Assembly (NCBI GenBank): GCA_012295275.1
Contig: CM022672.1
Coordinates: 17,236,001-17,300,000, forward strand
Length of the DNA: 64,000 nucleotides
DNA from: Chrysomallon squamiferum
Lineage: Eukaryota > Animalia > Mollusca
Direction: 5' to 3'
Shown: piece after piece, positions 58,251 through 64,000 of the stretch
Numbering within the stretch: position 1 is the first letter of the stretch
Layout: every line of letters starts with the position of its first letter
Made by a program: the position numbers and the translations under genes
The notes under the pieces: generated by a model
Databases searched by the model: none
What the model was told of the DNA's origin: nothing
Seen by the model: only the letters and a program-made list of their open reading frames with translations

Positions 58251-58375
58251 CTGTTTCACAGCCTGTGCCTGCACTGCCTGAAGACACAAATGGTGCCATA
58301 CCACCTGTGCCTAGCAAATCTTCTGTGCCTGACAAATCATTTGTGCCCGGCAAGCCAGCTCTTCCACCTAAATGA
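9206..58375 (+). CDS. DOCK1: Dedicator of cytokinesis DOCK-A family Rac GEF (DOCK1/2/5, myoblast city/CED-5-like); whole spliced CDS, 54 core exons, ~1860 aa if the 1-nt gap in exon 24 is restored
   Basis: The exons listed below sum to 5582 nt, or 1861 codons with the one missing base. Motifs: SH3 ([24 protein letters not shown]), DHR-1 ([32 protein letters not shown]), DHR-2 ([55 protein letters not shown]), PxLPxK tail. Which of DOCK1/2/5 it is closest to cannot be resolved by eye. Confidence 0.92.
10114..10197 (+). CDS. DOCK1: DOCK exon 2 (SH3)
   Basis: [28 protein letters not shown]. Confidence 0.93.
10550..10646 (+). CDS. DOCK1: DOCK exon 3 (SH3)
   Basis: [32 protein letters not shown]. 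Confidence 0.93.
10922..11018 (+). CDS. DOCK1: DOCK exon 4
   Basis: [32 protein letters not shown]. Confidence 0.92.
11232..11321 (+). CDS. DOCK1: DOCK exon 5
   Basis: [30 protein letters not shown]. Confidence 0.9.
11719..11774 (+). CDS. DOCK1: DOCK exon 6
   Basis: [18 protein letters not shown]. Confidence 0.92.
12426..12513 (+). CDS. DOCK1: DOCK exon 7
   Basis: [29 protein letters not shown]. Confidence 0.93.
12652..12687 (+). CDS. DOCK1: DOCK exon 8
   Basis: [12 protein letters not shown], cag/GTAAGT. Confidence 0.85.
13023..13177 (+). CDS. DOCK1: DOCK exon 9
   Basis: ...[35 protein letters not shown]. Confidence 0.93.
13680..13761 (+). CDS. DOCK1: DOCK exon 10
   Basis: [27 protein letters not shown]. 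Confidence 0.93.
14222..14285 (+). CDS. DOCK1: DOCK exon 11
   Basis: [21 protein letters not shown]. Confidence 0.93.
14801..14872 (+). CDS. DOCK1: DOCK exon 12
   Basis: [24 protein letters not shown]. Confidence 0.92.
15155..15230 (+). CDS. DOCK1: DOCK exon 13
   Basis: [25 protein letters not shown]. Confidence 0.92.
15375..15495 (+). CDS. DOCK1: DOCK exon 14
   Basis: [40 protein letters not shown]. Confidence 0.93.
16070..16145 (-). mobile_element. Possible tRNA-derived SINE remnant
   Basis: Minus-strand B box GGTTCAAATCC (16082-16092); A box very degenerate. Confidence 0.3.
17031..17156. repeat. Compound (TTA)n(TCA)n(CTA)n microsatellite directly upstream of the exon 15 acceptor
   Basis: Direct reading. 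Confidence 0.95.
17167..17248 (+). CDS. DOCK1: DOCK exon 15
   Basis: [27 protein letters not shown]. Confidence 0.94.
19013..19140 (+). CDS. DOCK1: DOCK exon 16 (DHR-1)
   Basis: [29 protein letters not shown]. Confidence 0.94.
19531..19629 (+). CDS. DOCK1: DOCK exon 17 (DHR-1)
   Basis: KVISHGCG...[20 protein letters not shown]. Confidence 0.94.
20019..20094 (+). CDS. DOCK1: DOCK exon 18 (DHR-1)
   Basis: [25 protein letters not shown]. Confidence 0.93.
20296..20316 (+). CDS. Candidate 21-nt alternative microexon (DHR-1 loop)
   Basis: CTAAT branch + pyrimidine tract + CAG | CTGAAAGAATAAATTTTACTG | GTAACC; phase 1-1; AERINFT. Confidence 0.5.
20599..20684. repeat. (TA)n and (CA)n microsatellites
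   Basis: Direct reading. Confidence 0.95.
20921..20944 (+). CDS. Candidate 24-nt alternative microexon (DHR-1 loop)
   Basis: TTTTGCAG | TTCGATGCCGCAAGAGTTATGAAG | GTAAAA; phase 1-1; VRCRKSYE. Confidence 0.55.
21190..23130. repeat. Two interleaved diverged direct duplications in DOCK intron 18
   Basis: ~21195-21450 resembles ~22605-22850; ~22430-22600 resembles ~22910-23120. Confidence 0.8.
23160..23263 (+). CDS. DOCK1: DOCK exon 19 (DHR-1)
   Basis: [35 protein letters not shown]. Confidence 0.94.
23422..23599 (+). CDS. DOCK1: DOCK exon 20 (DHR-1 end)
   Basis: [17 protein letters not shown]...[12 protein letters not shown]. Confidence 0.93.
23892..23998 (+). CDS. DOCK1: DOCK exon 21
   Basis: [10 protein letters not shown]...[11 protein letters not shown]. 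Confidence 0.94.
24358..24447 (+). CDS. DOCK1: DOCK exon 22
   Basis: [16 protein letters not shown]...LVFDAL. Confidence 0.94.
24643..24740 (+). CDS. DOCK1: DOCK exon 23
   Basis: [32 protein letters not shown]. Confidence 0.93.
25143..25294 (+). CDS. DOCK1: DOCK exon 24 (apparent 1-nt deletion at 25256-25259)
   Basis: [10 protein letters not shown]...[11 protein letters not shown] then frame shift to [12 protein letters not shown]; 152 nt where phase requires 153. Confidence 0.88.
25643..25751 (+). CDS. DOCK1: DOCK exon 25
   Basis: [25 protein letters not shown]...TLLVQ. Confidence 0.9.
26101..26171 (+). CDS. DOCK1: DOCK exon 26
   Basis: [23 protein letters not shown]. Confidence 0.93.
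26586..26692 (+). CDS. DOCK1: DOCK exon 27
   Basis: [35 protein letters not shown]. Confidence 0.93.
27207..27334 (+). CDS. DOCK1: DOCK exon 28
   Basis: [13 protein letters not shown]...[17 protein letters not shown]. Confidence 0.92.
27275..27507 (+). repeat. Diverged tandem duplication (~116 bp x2) of the 3' half of exon 28 plus the intron start
   Basis: 27275-27390 aligns along its length with 27391-27507; the donor GT is CT in copy 2. Confidence 0.9.
28069..28164 (+). CDS. DOCK1: DOCK exon 29
   Basis: [32 protein letters not shown]. Confidence 0.93.
29080..29115 (+). CDS. Candidate 36-nt alternative exon in intron 29
   Basis: TTCCAG | [12 protein letters not shown] | GTATGG, phase 0-0. 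Confidence 0.4.
30003..30017 (+). CDS. Candidate 15-nt microexon in intron 29
   Basis: TACTAAC (29944-29950) + long T tract + TAG | AATCGGAGATTGGAG | GTATTT; NRRLE; phase 0-0. Confidence 0.5.
31818..31853 (+). CDS. Candidate 36-nt alternative exon in intron 29
   Basis: TTTCAG | [12 protein letters not shown] | GTAAGA, phase 0-0, inside a GC-elevated island. Confidence 0.5.
33015..33065 (+). CDS. Candidate 51-nt alternative exon in intron 29
   Basis: CAACAG | [17 protein letters not shown] | GTAAGT, phase 0-0. Confidence 0.5.
33150..34160. repeat. Degenerate minisatellite (core GTTAATTGTTGAA..GATAGTTGAA, ~36-40 bp units)
   Basis: The motif recurs many times and is most homogeneous at 33730-34160. 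Confidence 0.85.
36326..36519 (+). CDS. DOCK1: DOCK exon 30
   Basis: [19 protein letters not shown]...[15 protein letters not shown]. Confidence 0.94.
36986..37058 (+). CDS. DOCK1: DOCK exon 31
   Basis: [24 protein letters not shown]. Confidence 0.92.
37524..37624 (+). CDS. DOCK1: DOCK exon 32
   Basis: [33 protein letters not shown]. Confidence 0.94.
37778..37836 (+). CDS. DOCK1: DOCK exon 33
   Basis: [19 protein letters not shown]. Confidence 0.94.
38221..38292 (+). CDS. DOCK1: DOCK exon 34
   Basis: [24 protein letters not shown]. Confidence 0.95.
38530..38630 (+). CDS. DOCK1: DOCK exon 35
   Basis: [18 protein letters not shown]...GNFHE. Confidence 0.95.
39036..39121 (+). CDS. DOCK1: DOCK exon 36
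   Basis: [28 protein letters not shown]. Confidence 0.95.
39468..39624 (+). CDS. DOCK1: DOCK exon 37
   Basis: LYHLCDGH...LLQRLLEYR...[11 protein letters not shown]. Confidence 0.94.
40491..40622 (+). CDS. DOCK1: DOCK exon 38 (DHR-2 start)
   Basis: [36 protein letters not shown]. Confidence 0.95.
40909..40972. repeat. 27-bp tandem duplication (2.4 copies)
   Basis: ATTAAACTTTTGAAATATTTCATCCAT repeated. Confidence 0.9.
41127..41246 (+). CDS. DOCK1: DOCK exon 39 (DHR-2)
   Basis: WSDE...[17 protein letters not shown]. Confidence 0.95.
41457..41546 (+). CDS. DOCK1: DOCK exon 40 (DHR-2)
   Basis: [30 protein letters not shown]. Confidence 0.95.
41970..42074 (+). CDS. DOCK1: DOCK exon 41 (DHR-2)
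   Basis: [35 protein letters not shown]. Confidence 0.95.
42548..42634 (+). CDS. DOCK1: DOCK exon 42 (DHR-2)
   Basis: [29 protein letters not shown]. Confidence 0.95.
43000..43054 (+). CDS. DOCK1: DOCK exon 43 (DHR-2)
   Basis: [18 protein letters not shown], followed by a U12-type donor. Confidence 0.92.
43055..43378 (+). other. U12-type (minor spliceosome) GT-AG intron
   Basis: 5' site GTATCCTT; branch-like TTTCTTTAAT 43361-43370 only 8 nt before the 3' end; no pyrimidine tract. Confidence 0.88.
43379..43460 (+). CDS. DOCK1: DOCK exon 44 (DHR-2)
   Basis: [27 protein letters not shown]. Confidence 0.92.
43646..43715 (+). CDS. DOCK1: DOCK exon 45 (DHR-2)
   Basis: [23 protein letters not shown]. 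Confidence 0.9.
44154..44240 (+). CDS. DOCK1: DOCK exon 46 (DHR-2)
   Basis: [29 protein letters not shown]. Confidence 0.93.
44611..44784 (+). CDS. DOCK1: DOCK exon 47 (DHR-2, nucleotide sensor)
   Basis: [14 protein letters not shown]...[21 protein letters not shown]. Confidence 0.95.
45346..45435 (+). CDS. DOCK1: DOCK exon 48 (DHR-2)
   Basis: [30 protein letters not shown]. Confidence 0.93.
45872..46003 (+). CDS. DOCK1: DOCK exon 49 (DHR-2 end)
   Basis: [30 protein letters not shown]...EYGIK. Confidence 0.94.
46030..46128. repeat. (GA)n/(GT)n compound microsatellite
   Basis: Direct reading. Confidence 0.95.
46413..46496 (+). CDS. Candidate 84-nt alternative exon with NPxY
   Basis: TTCTAG | [28 protein letters not shown] | GTAAAA; phase 0-0. 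Confidence 0.45.
46733..46811. repeat. (TG)n microsatellite
   Basis: Direct reading. Confidence 0.95.
47969..48084 (+). CDS. DOCK1: DOCK exon 50 (tail)
   Basis: [26 protein letters not shown]...; GC-rich, phase-consistent. Confidence 0.82.
48441..48464 (+). CDS. Candidate 24-nt microexon in the tail
   Basis: CTGCTGCTAG | TACCAGAAGGATTAAATATAAAAG | GTAAAT; phase 2-2; (D)TRRIKYK(R). Confidence 0.45.
49200..49480. repeat. (ATTTT/AATTT)n low-complexity tract
   Basis: Direct reading. Confidence 0.9.
49491..49710 (+). CDS. DOCK1: DOCK exon 51 (tail), GC donor
   Basis: [11 protein letters not shown]...SQSVWVK...EQPIELNEQ then CAG|GCATGT. Confidence 0.82.
51183..51250 (+). mobile_element. Degenerate tRNA-derived SINE head
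   Basis: A-box-like TAGCATAGTG 51187-51196 and B-box-like GGATCAAATC 51230-51239 at tRNA-like spacing. Confidence 0.4.
54629..54706. repeat. Perfect 39-bp tandem duplication
   Basis: ATAAATAAGTTAAATATACCAACTGGGACTATCAGAAAC x2. Confidence 0.95.
56612..56756 (+). CDS. DOCK1: DOCK exon 52 (tail)
   Basis: [22 protein letters not shown]...; donor GTAAGT. Confidence 0.85.
57108..57238 (+). CDS. DOCK1: DOCK exon 53 (Pro-rich)
   Basis: [26 protein letters not shown]...PAVPRK. Confidence 0.87.
58262..58375 (+). CDS. DOCK1: DOCK last exon (Pro-rich SH3-ligand tail)
   Basis: [37 protein letters not shown]-stop(TGA). Confidence 0.85.
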   Translation, partial: PVPALPEDTNGAIPPVPSKSSVPDKSFVPGKPALPPK

Positions 58376-60978
58376 CATTCTCTTCACCCTCTTTCCAGCT
58401 AACCATGTTTTTGATTTTATGAGCTTCAGGCTGATTAAATCAGCGCATGACTTTGGTGCTAATGCTCTTCAACTAAAAGCATGAAAAGCAAATGACTTTA
58501 AAACTGATCATTATAAAAAAAAAAAAAAAAAAAAAATAATAATAATACAAATGATATTCTTTTAACACTTTATTAATATTCACAAATGAACGGTTTTGAT
58601 ATTACCGATATATTGTACAGCGGTTGTTTTTTTGGAGGTTTTTTTTTCAATACAGATATTTTCTTTTTCTTCTTTTTTTTTTTCATTATTTTAACCCCTC
58701 AAATACTCTATGTATGTATGTATGTATATATATATATATATATATATACATGGTGTAACTTTGTCTTTAAACCAGAAGAATGAAGAATGCATCTTTTGTT
58801 CAAGAGTGTTTATTTGACATGATTTATAGCAAGTGAATGTAAGTTGCTTTTTTTTAAAGTTTTTTAATTTCCTCTCTATGGCTATATAATAATGTATTGG
58901 ATATATTGCATGCAGTAATTTAGTTAACTCTAATGTACACTGTACAGCATTAACATTTCTTGCCACTGTTGAATCATATAATCATATTTTGAAAAAAACA
59001 ATTTCTATAATTTAATTTTGTTCATAGCTGACGTATTTTATATTTTAATTAGCATTATATGAATAATCAATTTTATGTTGCTTTCTTTTTTCAAAAAAAA
59101 AAAAAAAAAAAAAATGTGTCATTAGTAAATTTACTAAACTAATCTAAATTGATTAGTAATTGGATTATGTTATTTTACTTGTATAATTTCTTTCTGATCT
59201 CTTTGGTTTTAGGTAACTTTAATGTACAGAATAAAATACCATTTTTTATTTTAAAATTCACCGCGATAGTTGAGATTAAAGATGTGTGGATTTATTTTTG
59301 TTTTTATTGTTTATTTTGGAGGACTGTTAAATCATCTGTGTAATGAAAGATATTTAACTTCTAAGAATCACTCAAAATGAGTCACTGCTTCATTTTGAAA
59401 AACAAGACTACATTAATTATCACCAAAAAAAAAGAAAAAAGAATTAATTCTGATGGTTGAGGGTTCACATCTGTGAGTTTATTTTTGTTTTTGTTATTTA
59501 TTTTGGAGGGAATGTTAAGGCAAAATTAGACGGTGTAATGAAAGATAATTAACTTCTAAGAATAAGTCAAAACAAGCCATTGTTTCATTATGAAAAACAT
59601 TACCACATTATTAACTATAGCAATCTAGTTTTCTCCCAACTACCTCATGTTAAGTGCTTGAATAATAAAAATTACTACTTAAATCATCTTTTTATGTTCA
59701 TTCCTTTCTTTTCTTCTTTATATATTTATATATATATTTTTATTTTTTTTGATAAACTTTTAGTGTTTGATTTCAGCTGTTATAACTAAATTTATATTAT
59801 AGTAAATAATAATTTTTTAAAGTGTTATGATAAATAAATATATAAAAGAACAAAAAGAAAGAAAAAAAGAAGAAATAATGAATTAAAGCATAATTTTTTA
59901 TTTTGCTGATATCTTTGTTTTTAAGTTGTTATAATTAAGTTGTATTTTAAATTAATAATGTTTTATCTGTATCTGTATTTTCTTAGAAGTTCCCATGAAT
60001 TTGCCTGATTGAAGATAGCAATTTAAGATGTTTGAAATATTACTTTTGTATTCATTTTATATTGATGAAGATATCACCTGCCAGGTAGCACTGTTGACGG
60101 CATCAAACATTTTTTTACAGAACAACCTACTCAATTAGTGTATTCCATAATTATTAAAATAAGCAGGTTTGAAATGGTCTCATTTTGGGAAAAATGAATT
60201 TTAAATTTAGCTGTATTCATGTGTATATAGACTTCTAGTCATGTACTGGATTTTAAGTTTTTTTTTTTTTTTATTATAATTAACATGCGACAGTAATTAT
60301 ATAAAATATCTTCTTACTCTTTGATATATTTAAACATGAAGTTATTCTTCTTGTAATCAAATTTGTAAAAAGGATTTTTGTATATTTTTTTATGAAATAT
60401 ATAATATAGATTTTATTACTGTTTTCATATCTGTACTAAATTTGTTAATTACATAATTTTAAAATTTTGTTAAGTAAATACAAAAAATGTTTTAGATAAG
60501 TTTTATCAGATGTTTTATGATGAGAACAAGGATGAAAAATATTTTCATTTTCAAATTTGTATTTTGGGTTTTTTAATAAAAATTTTAAATTTTTAATTAA
60601 AAAAAAATGATATCTATATGTTGAAATGTTGAATTTTGTAAGTTACAGGATGGATTTCTCTGTGAAGTGTTTGTAAAGTGGCTGAATTGATTACATTCAT
60701 TTTCTTAATGCTGTTGAGTCTGTCATCAACATTGAGACTGTCAATTCCTTTAATAATATTATGAAATGTCAGACAGTCAGTTAATAAAAACATGGCTACC
60801 GTGTTCCAGTTCCTGATTTCAGTTCTGTTTAGTCGCATTAAAACATTTCGTTACTGGAAATATTCTACTGTTGCTTTCTTTTTTCTTATAAACAGAATTT
60901 TATTATTATTATTATTATTTTACTTTTTTCTTCTTCTTTTTTTTTTTACCATTACCATTGTAAGAATATTTTTGGATC

Positions 60979-60984
60979 AATAAA
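60979..60984 (+). terminator. Candidate polyadenylation signal of DOCK (3' UTR ~2.6 kb)
   Basis: AATAAA followed ~30-55 nt later by a T/GT-rich tract; other AATAAA hexamers exist nearby. Confidence 0.35.
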
Positions 60985-61689
60985 GTTGTTAAATTATTGT
61001 GGGCTTCCATACTTTTTACTTTTTGTGTTTGTGTGTATGTCACGTCTTCCATGATTTCCATTTTGAAACAGACAAGATAAGATTAAGAAATATTTTTGAA
61101 AACTGTTTAAAATTAGTCTTATTGCAATAAAAATTAGTGCCAGTAGAGTATTTGTATTTCAATAATAACATGTATGTATATATATTATTTTATTTTATAT
61201 ATATATACATGCATATAAAAGTTGAAATAAAAGTACGTTCAGAATGTACGTATATTTAGTTAGATCATGTACAAAAATGAATTATATATCTAGTCACTGA
61301 TACAATAATACACAAGATTTTATTGTCAGTTGGTTAACATTATAATCAAGTGTATCTTAATTTGAACATTACTTTTATAAATAGTTTCTAAATACAATGA
61401 AACTAATAACATTTTTTATCCCTTTTTTTTTAATGAGAAGTATAAATGGAGGAATGAATCCTTTGGTTTATGTATTTCATTTTTATTATTATACATTATT
61501 ATTATTATTTTTATTATTTATGTGAATATATGTAAATTCTTTCACTTAATTACTGATTAGAATATTTGTAATTATTAAATAATAATTTATCTTCAGTCTT
61601 CAAATTATTAAATAATTAAACTAATACACTTTTTTAAATGTTCCTGTTTTTATATTTAAAATATTCTTTTTTTTTTTTTTTTTTTTTTT

Positions 61690-62192
61690 TATGTAGTTAC
61701 TAAACTTTGTATTTCTTTTCAAATTATTGACTGTTTTATTTCCTTTTATAGTTGAACTATTGTATGTTTTAGTTTGGCAAACTAAAAACTTCTCTTTGTT
61801 ATTAGTGTACCTGTTTTTAGTTATTAAACTGTTTTACTTCTTTTTTTTAGTTATTAAACTATTGTACTTCTTTTTGTAGCTATTAAACTTGTATTTTTTT
61901 TGTAGCTATTAAACAATTGCACTTCTGTTTGTTTTTATTAAACTGTTGTACTTCTTTTTGTAGTTACTAAACCTATTGTACTTTTTGTAGTTACTAAACT
62001 ATAGTACTTTTTGTAGTTACTAAACTATAGTACTTTTTTGTTGCTATTAAACCATTGTATTATTTTTGTAGTGATTAAACTATTGTACTTCTTTTTGTAG
62101 TTATTAAACTATAGTACTTCTTTTTGTTGCTATTAAACTATTGCACTTCTGTTTGTAGTTGTTAAACTATTGTACTTTTTTATAATTATTAA
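61690..62192. repeat. Minisatellite, ~27-30 bp unit (GTAGTTATTAAACTATTGTACTTCTTTTT)
   Basis: More than a dozen diverged units visible. Confidence 0.92.
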
Positions 62193-64000
62193 AAAGCTGA
62201 AAAATAAATCAATTCATAATGTCTTTCTTTACTATATATATAAATTCATATTATTCTATTTTTTTTTTTCCCCCTTTGCTGTGGTAGAATGCTTACTTTT
62301 GTCATGACCAGTGAATATTAAATCATTGAAAATACTGAGTAATATTTTTTAATTAAGATACAAAATTATGACAGATTCCAAATATGCTTTCCAAAAAAGA
62401 AACAAATAATAATAAGCTTGAAGAGGATTCAAATGTTTTTATTTCTTTGCATATGAAGCTGATCATTCACAACAAATGTAGGTTGCATGCTTAATAAGAA
62501 GATAACATGCTTGAACAAAAAGAAGAAAAAAAATTGTACACATTTGTCTGAAAAAAAAGCTATAACTGCATTATCCTAATAATAACTGCTTAAAATGTTC
62601 CCCATAGACCTTGAAAACAAAGTAAAAACAATATAAAAGTAAATTATACTTTGTCCTTTTATTTATTTATTATTTTTTTTAAAGTTATATATTTTTAATT
62701 CTTGGAATGTTTGGGGAGAAACAATTTCTAATATATTTAAAAAAAAATAACCTAAGAAAGAAAGAAAAAAAAAACTAGCTGAATATCATGTGGTATTTTG
62801 TTTTGTTAAAGTCTGTGGTTTATTGACTAACATGGTTTCCTCACCGAAATTGTTTTTAGATTTTTTTTTCTTCGAAATAATGTGAGAAACTGGACTTCAT
62901 TACTCCTGTAATGGTTGATTTAGCCAGTTAGCAACAGATACATTTTTTATTTTTTTATTATGGATGTGAGTGAAAATAAACCTGTGATGACAATGGTGGT
63001 AATAACACAAAACATACCAAATACATAGAATTCTTTTATCAAAACAAAACACTCTGCTTAGAATAAAATAAAAGTATGTTTACACACTTTTATAATAGTG
63101 TGTGTGTGTATGTGTACATGAGTACACTCTTCTGCGTGTGTATGTATTGTGTGTGTGTAAAAGACAACTGTATGTAAAGTTATCTTTTACAATATGATGA
63201 ACATTCAGCTGACAAACTATCTGCCTGAACAAACACTAAAACATGTACAAATATACAAATAGAATGGCCACAATGAGACAGTTCAGCAGTAACAGGCATC
63301 CACACAGCTGTACATGAGTAAATATTGATAAACCTGCCCAAAATGCCGTTCAGTGACTTGCTTGTCAAAATATGATTACAATCGCTATTTCCCAGAATGT
63401 TTTAACATGCAAAAAGCTTTGACCAATATGTAAAATCATTAATGACAGAGAATCTGCTTTTTCTGCAGGCTAAATATGTGGATATCAATAATAATACAGT
63501 TAAAATACAAAGTTTGTCACTGGTTAAAAAGAATTACGTTTAAAAATATTCGGGTACATGTTGCAATAGTAATAAAAAATCATAAAAAAAAGCACTAGAA
63601 GCAGTTTTTGGTATAAAAATGGGACTAGTTGTTGTTGACTAAAAGCAATACTGAGATCTGTGAAACCTGACAGAAATGGTGAAAAACCCCACAGAAAGCC
63701 CCACATTTGAGTGAAAATTTTGAATTAAAAAAAAACTTGTATATAAATATATAATTAAAAATATATGTACATCGTGTTAATTTTAAATATAGGCTAAAAA
63801 ATATATAATAATAATAAAATTAAAATTAAAGAATGATTTCTGAATATTAAACAACCGACTATGTTGTGTTAAATTAATTTATTTTAATGTCTGGTAAAAA
63901 TACGTGTTTAGATTGTTCCCACTAACAAGGTTCTGAGAGTAATCAAATATAGAAATTTCTGGATACAAAATAAAATCTGATTTTTTTTTTTTTTTTTTTT

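Noticed and set aside
58373-58402. Stop-codon readthrough at TGA-C
   Set aside because: The context is not TGA-CTAG and the extension is only 8 codons with no recognisable signal.
61690-62192. Regularly spaced ~30-bp repeats resembling a CRISPR array
   Set aside because: Head-to-tail diverged units with no unique spacers, in eukaryotic DNA with no cas genes.
62430-64000. Possible 3' UTR of a downstream minus-strand gene (ORFs 63180..63368, 63524..63706)
   Set aside because: No coding exon or recognisable protein; cannot be supported within this window.

Overview
Very AT-rich, intron-dense animal genomic DNA, probably from an invertebrate (mollusc-like; the taxon is my inference). It holds two complete multi-exon genes head-to-head across a shared promoter of about 250 bp. 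(1) Minus strand: CFAP206 (C6orf165 orthologue, motile-cilia radial-spoke adaptor), 16 coding exons from ATG 8497 to TAA 1482, about 626 aa. (2) Plus strand: a DOCK-A family Rac GEF (DOCK1/2/5, mbc/ced-5 type; SH3, DHR-1/C2, ARM-like region, DHR-2, Pro-rich tail), 54 core exons from ATG 9206 to TGA 58375, about 1860 aa. I built the exons by hand from splice sites, phase continuity and recalled homology. Notable points: an apparent 1-nt frameshift in DOCK exon 24, a U12-type intron, a GC-AG intron and a divergent DHR-2 lobe-B loop. Most interesting are about 10 unannotated short exon candidates (15-84 nt) that preserve frame and lack stops. They cluster in the longest DOCK introns, with an array in the 8.2-kb intron 29 and a pair in a DHR-1 loop. 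All are sequence-only predictions and need RNA-seq. The rest is microsatellites, two minisatellites, local duplications and SINE-like remnants. Most ORFs in the supplied track are spurious or are exon read-throughs.
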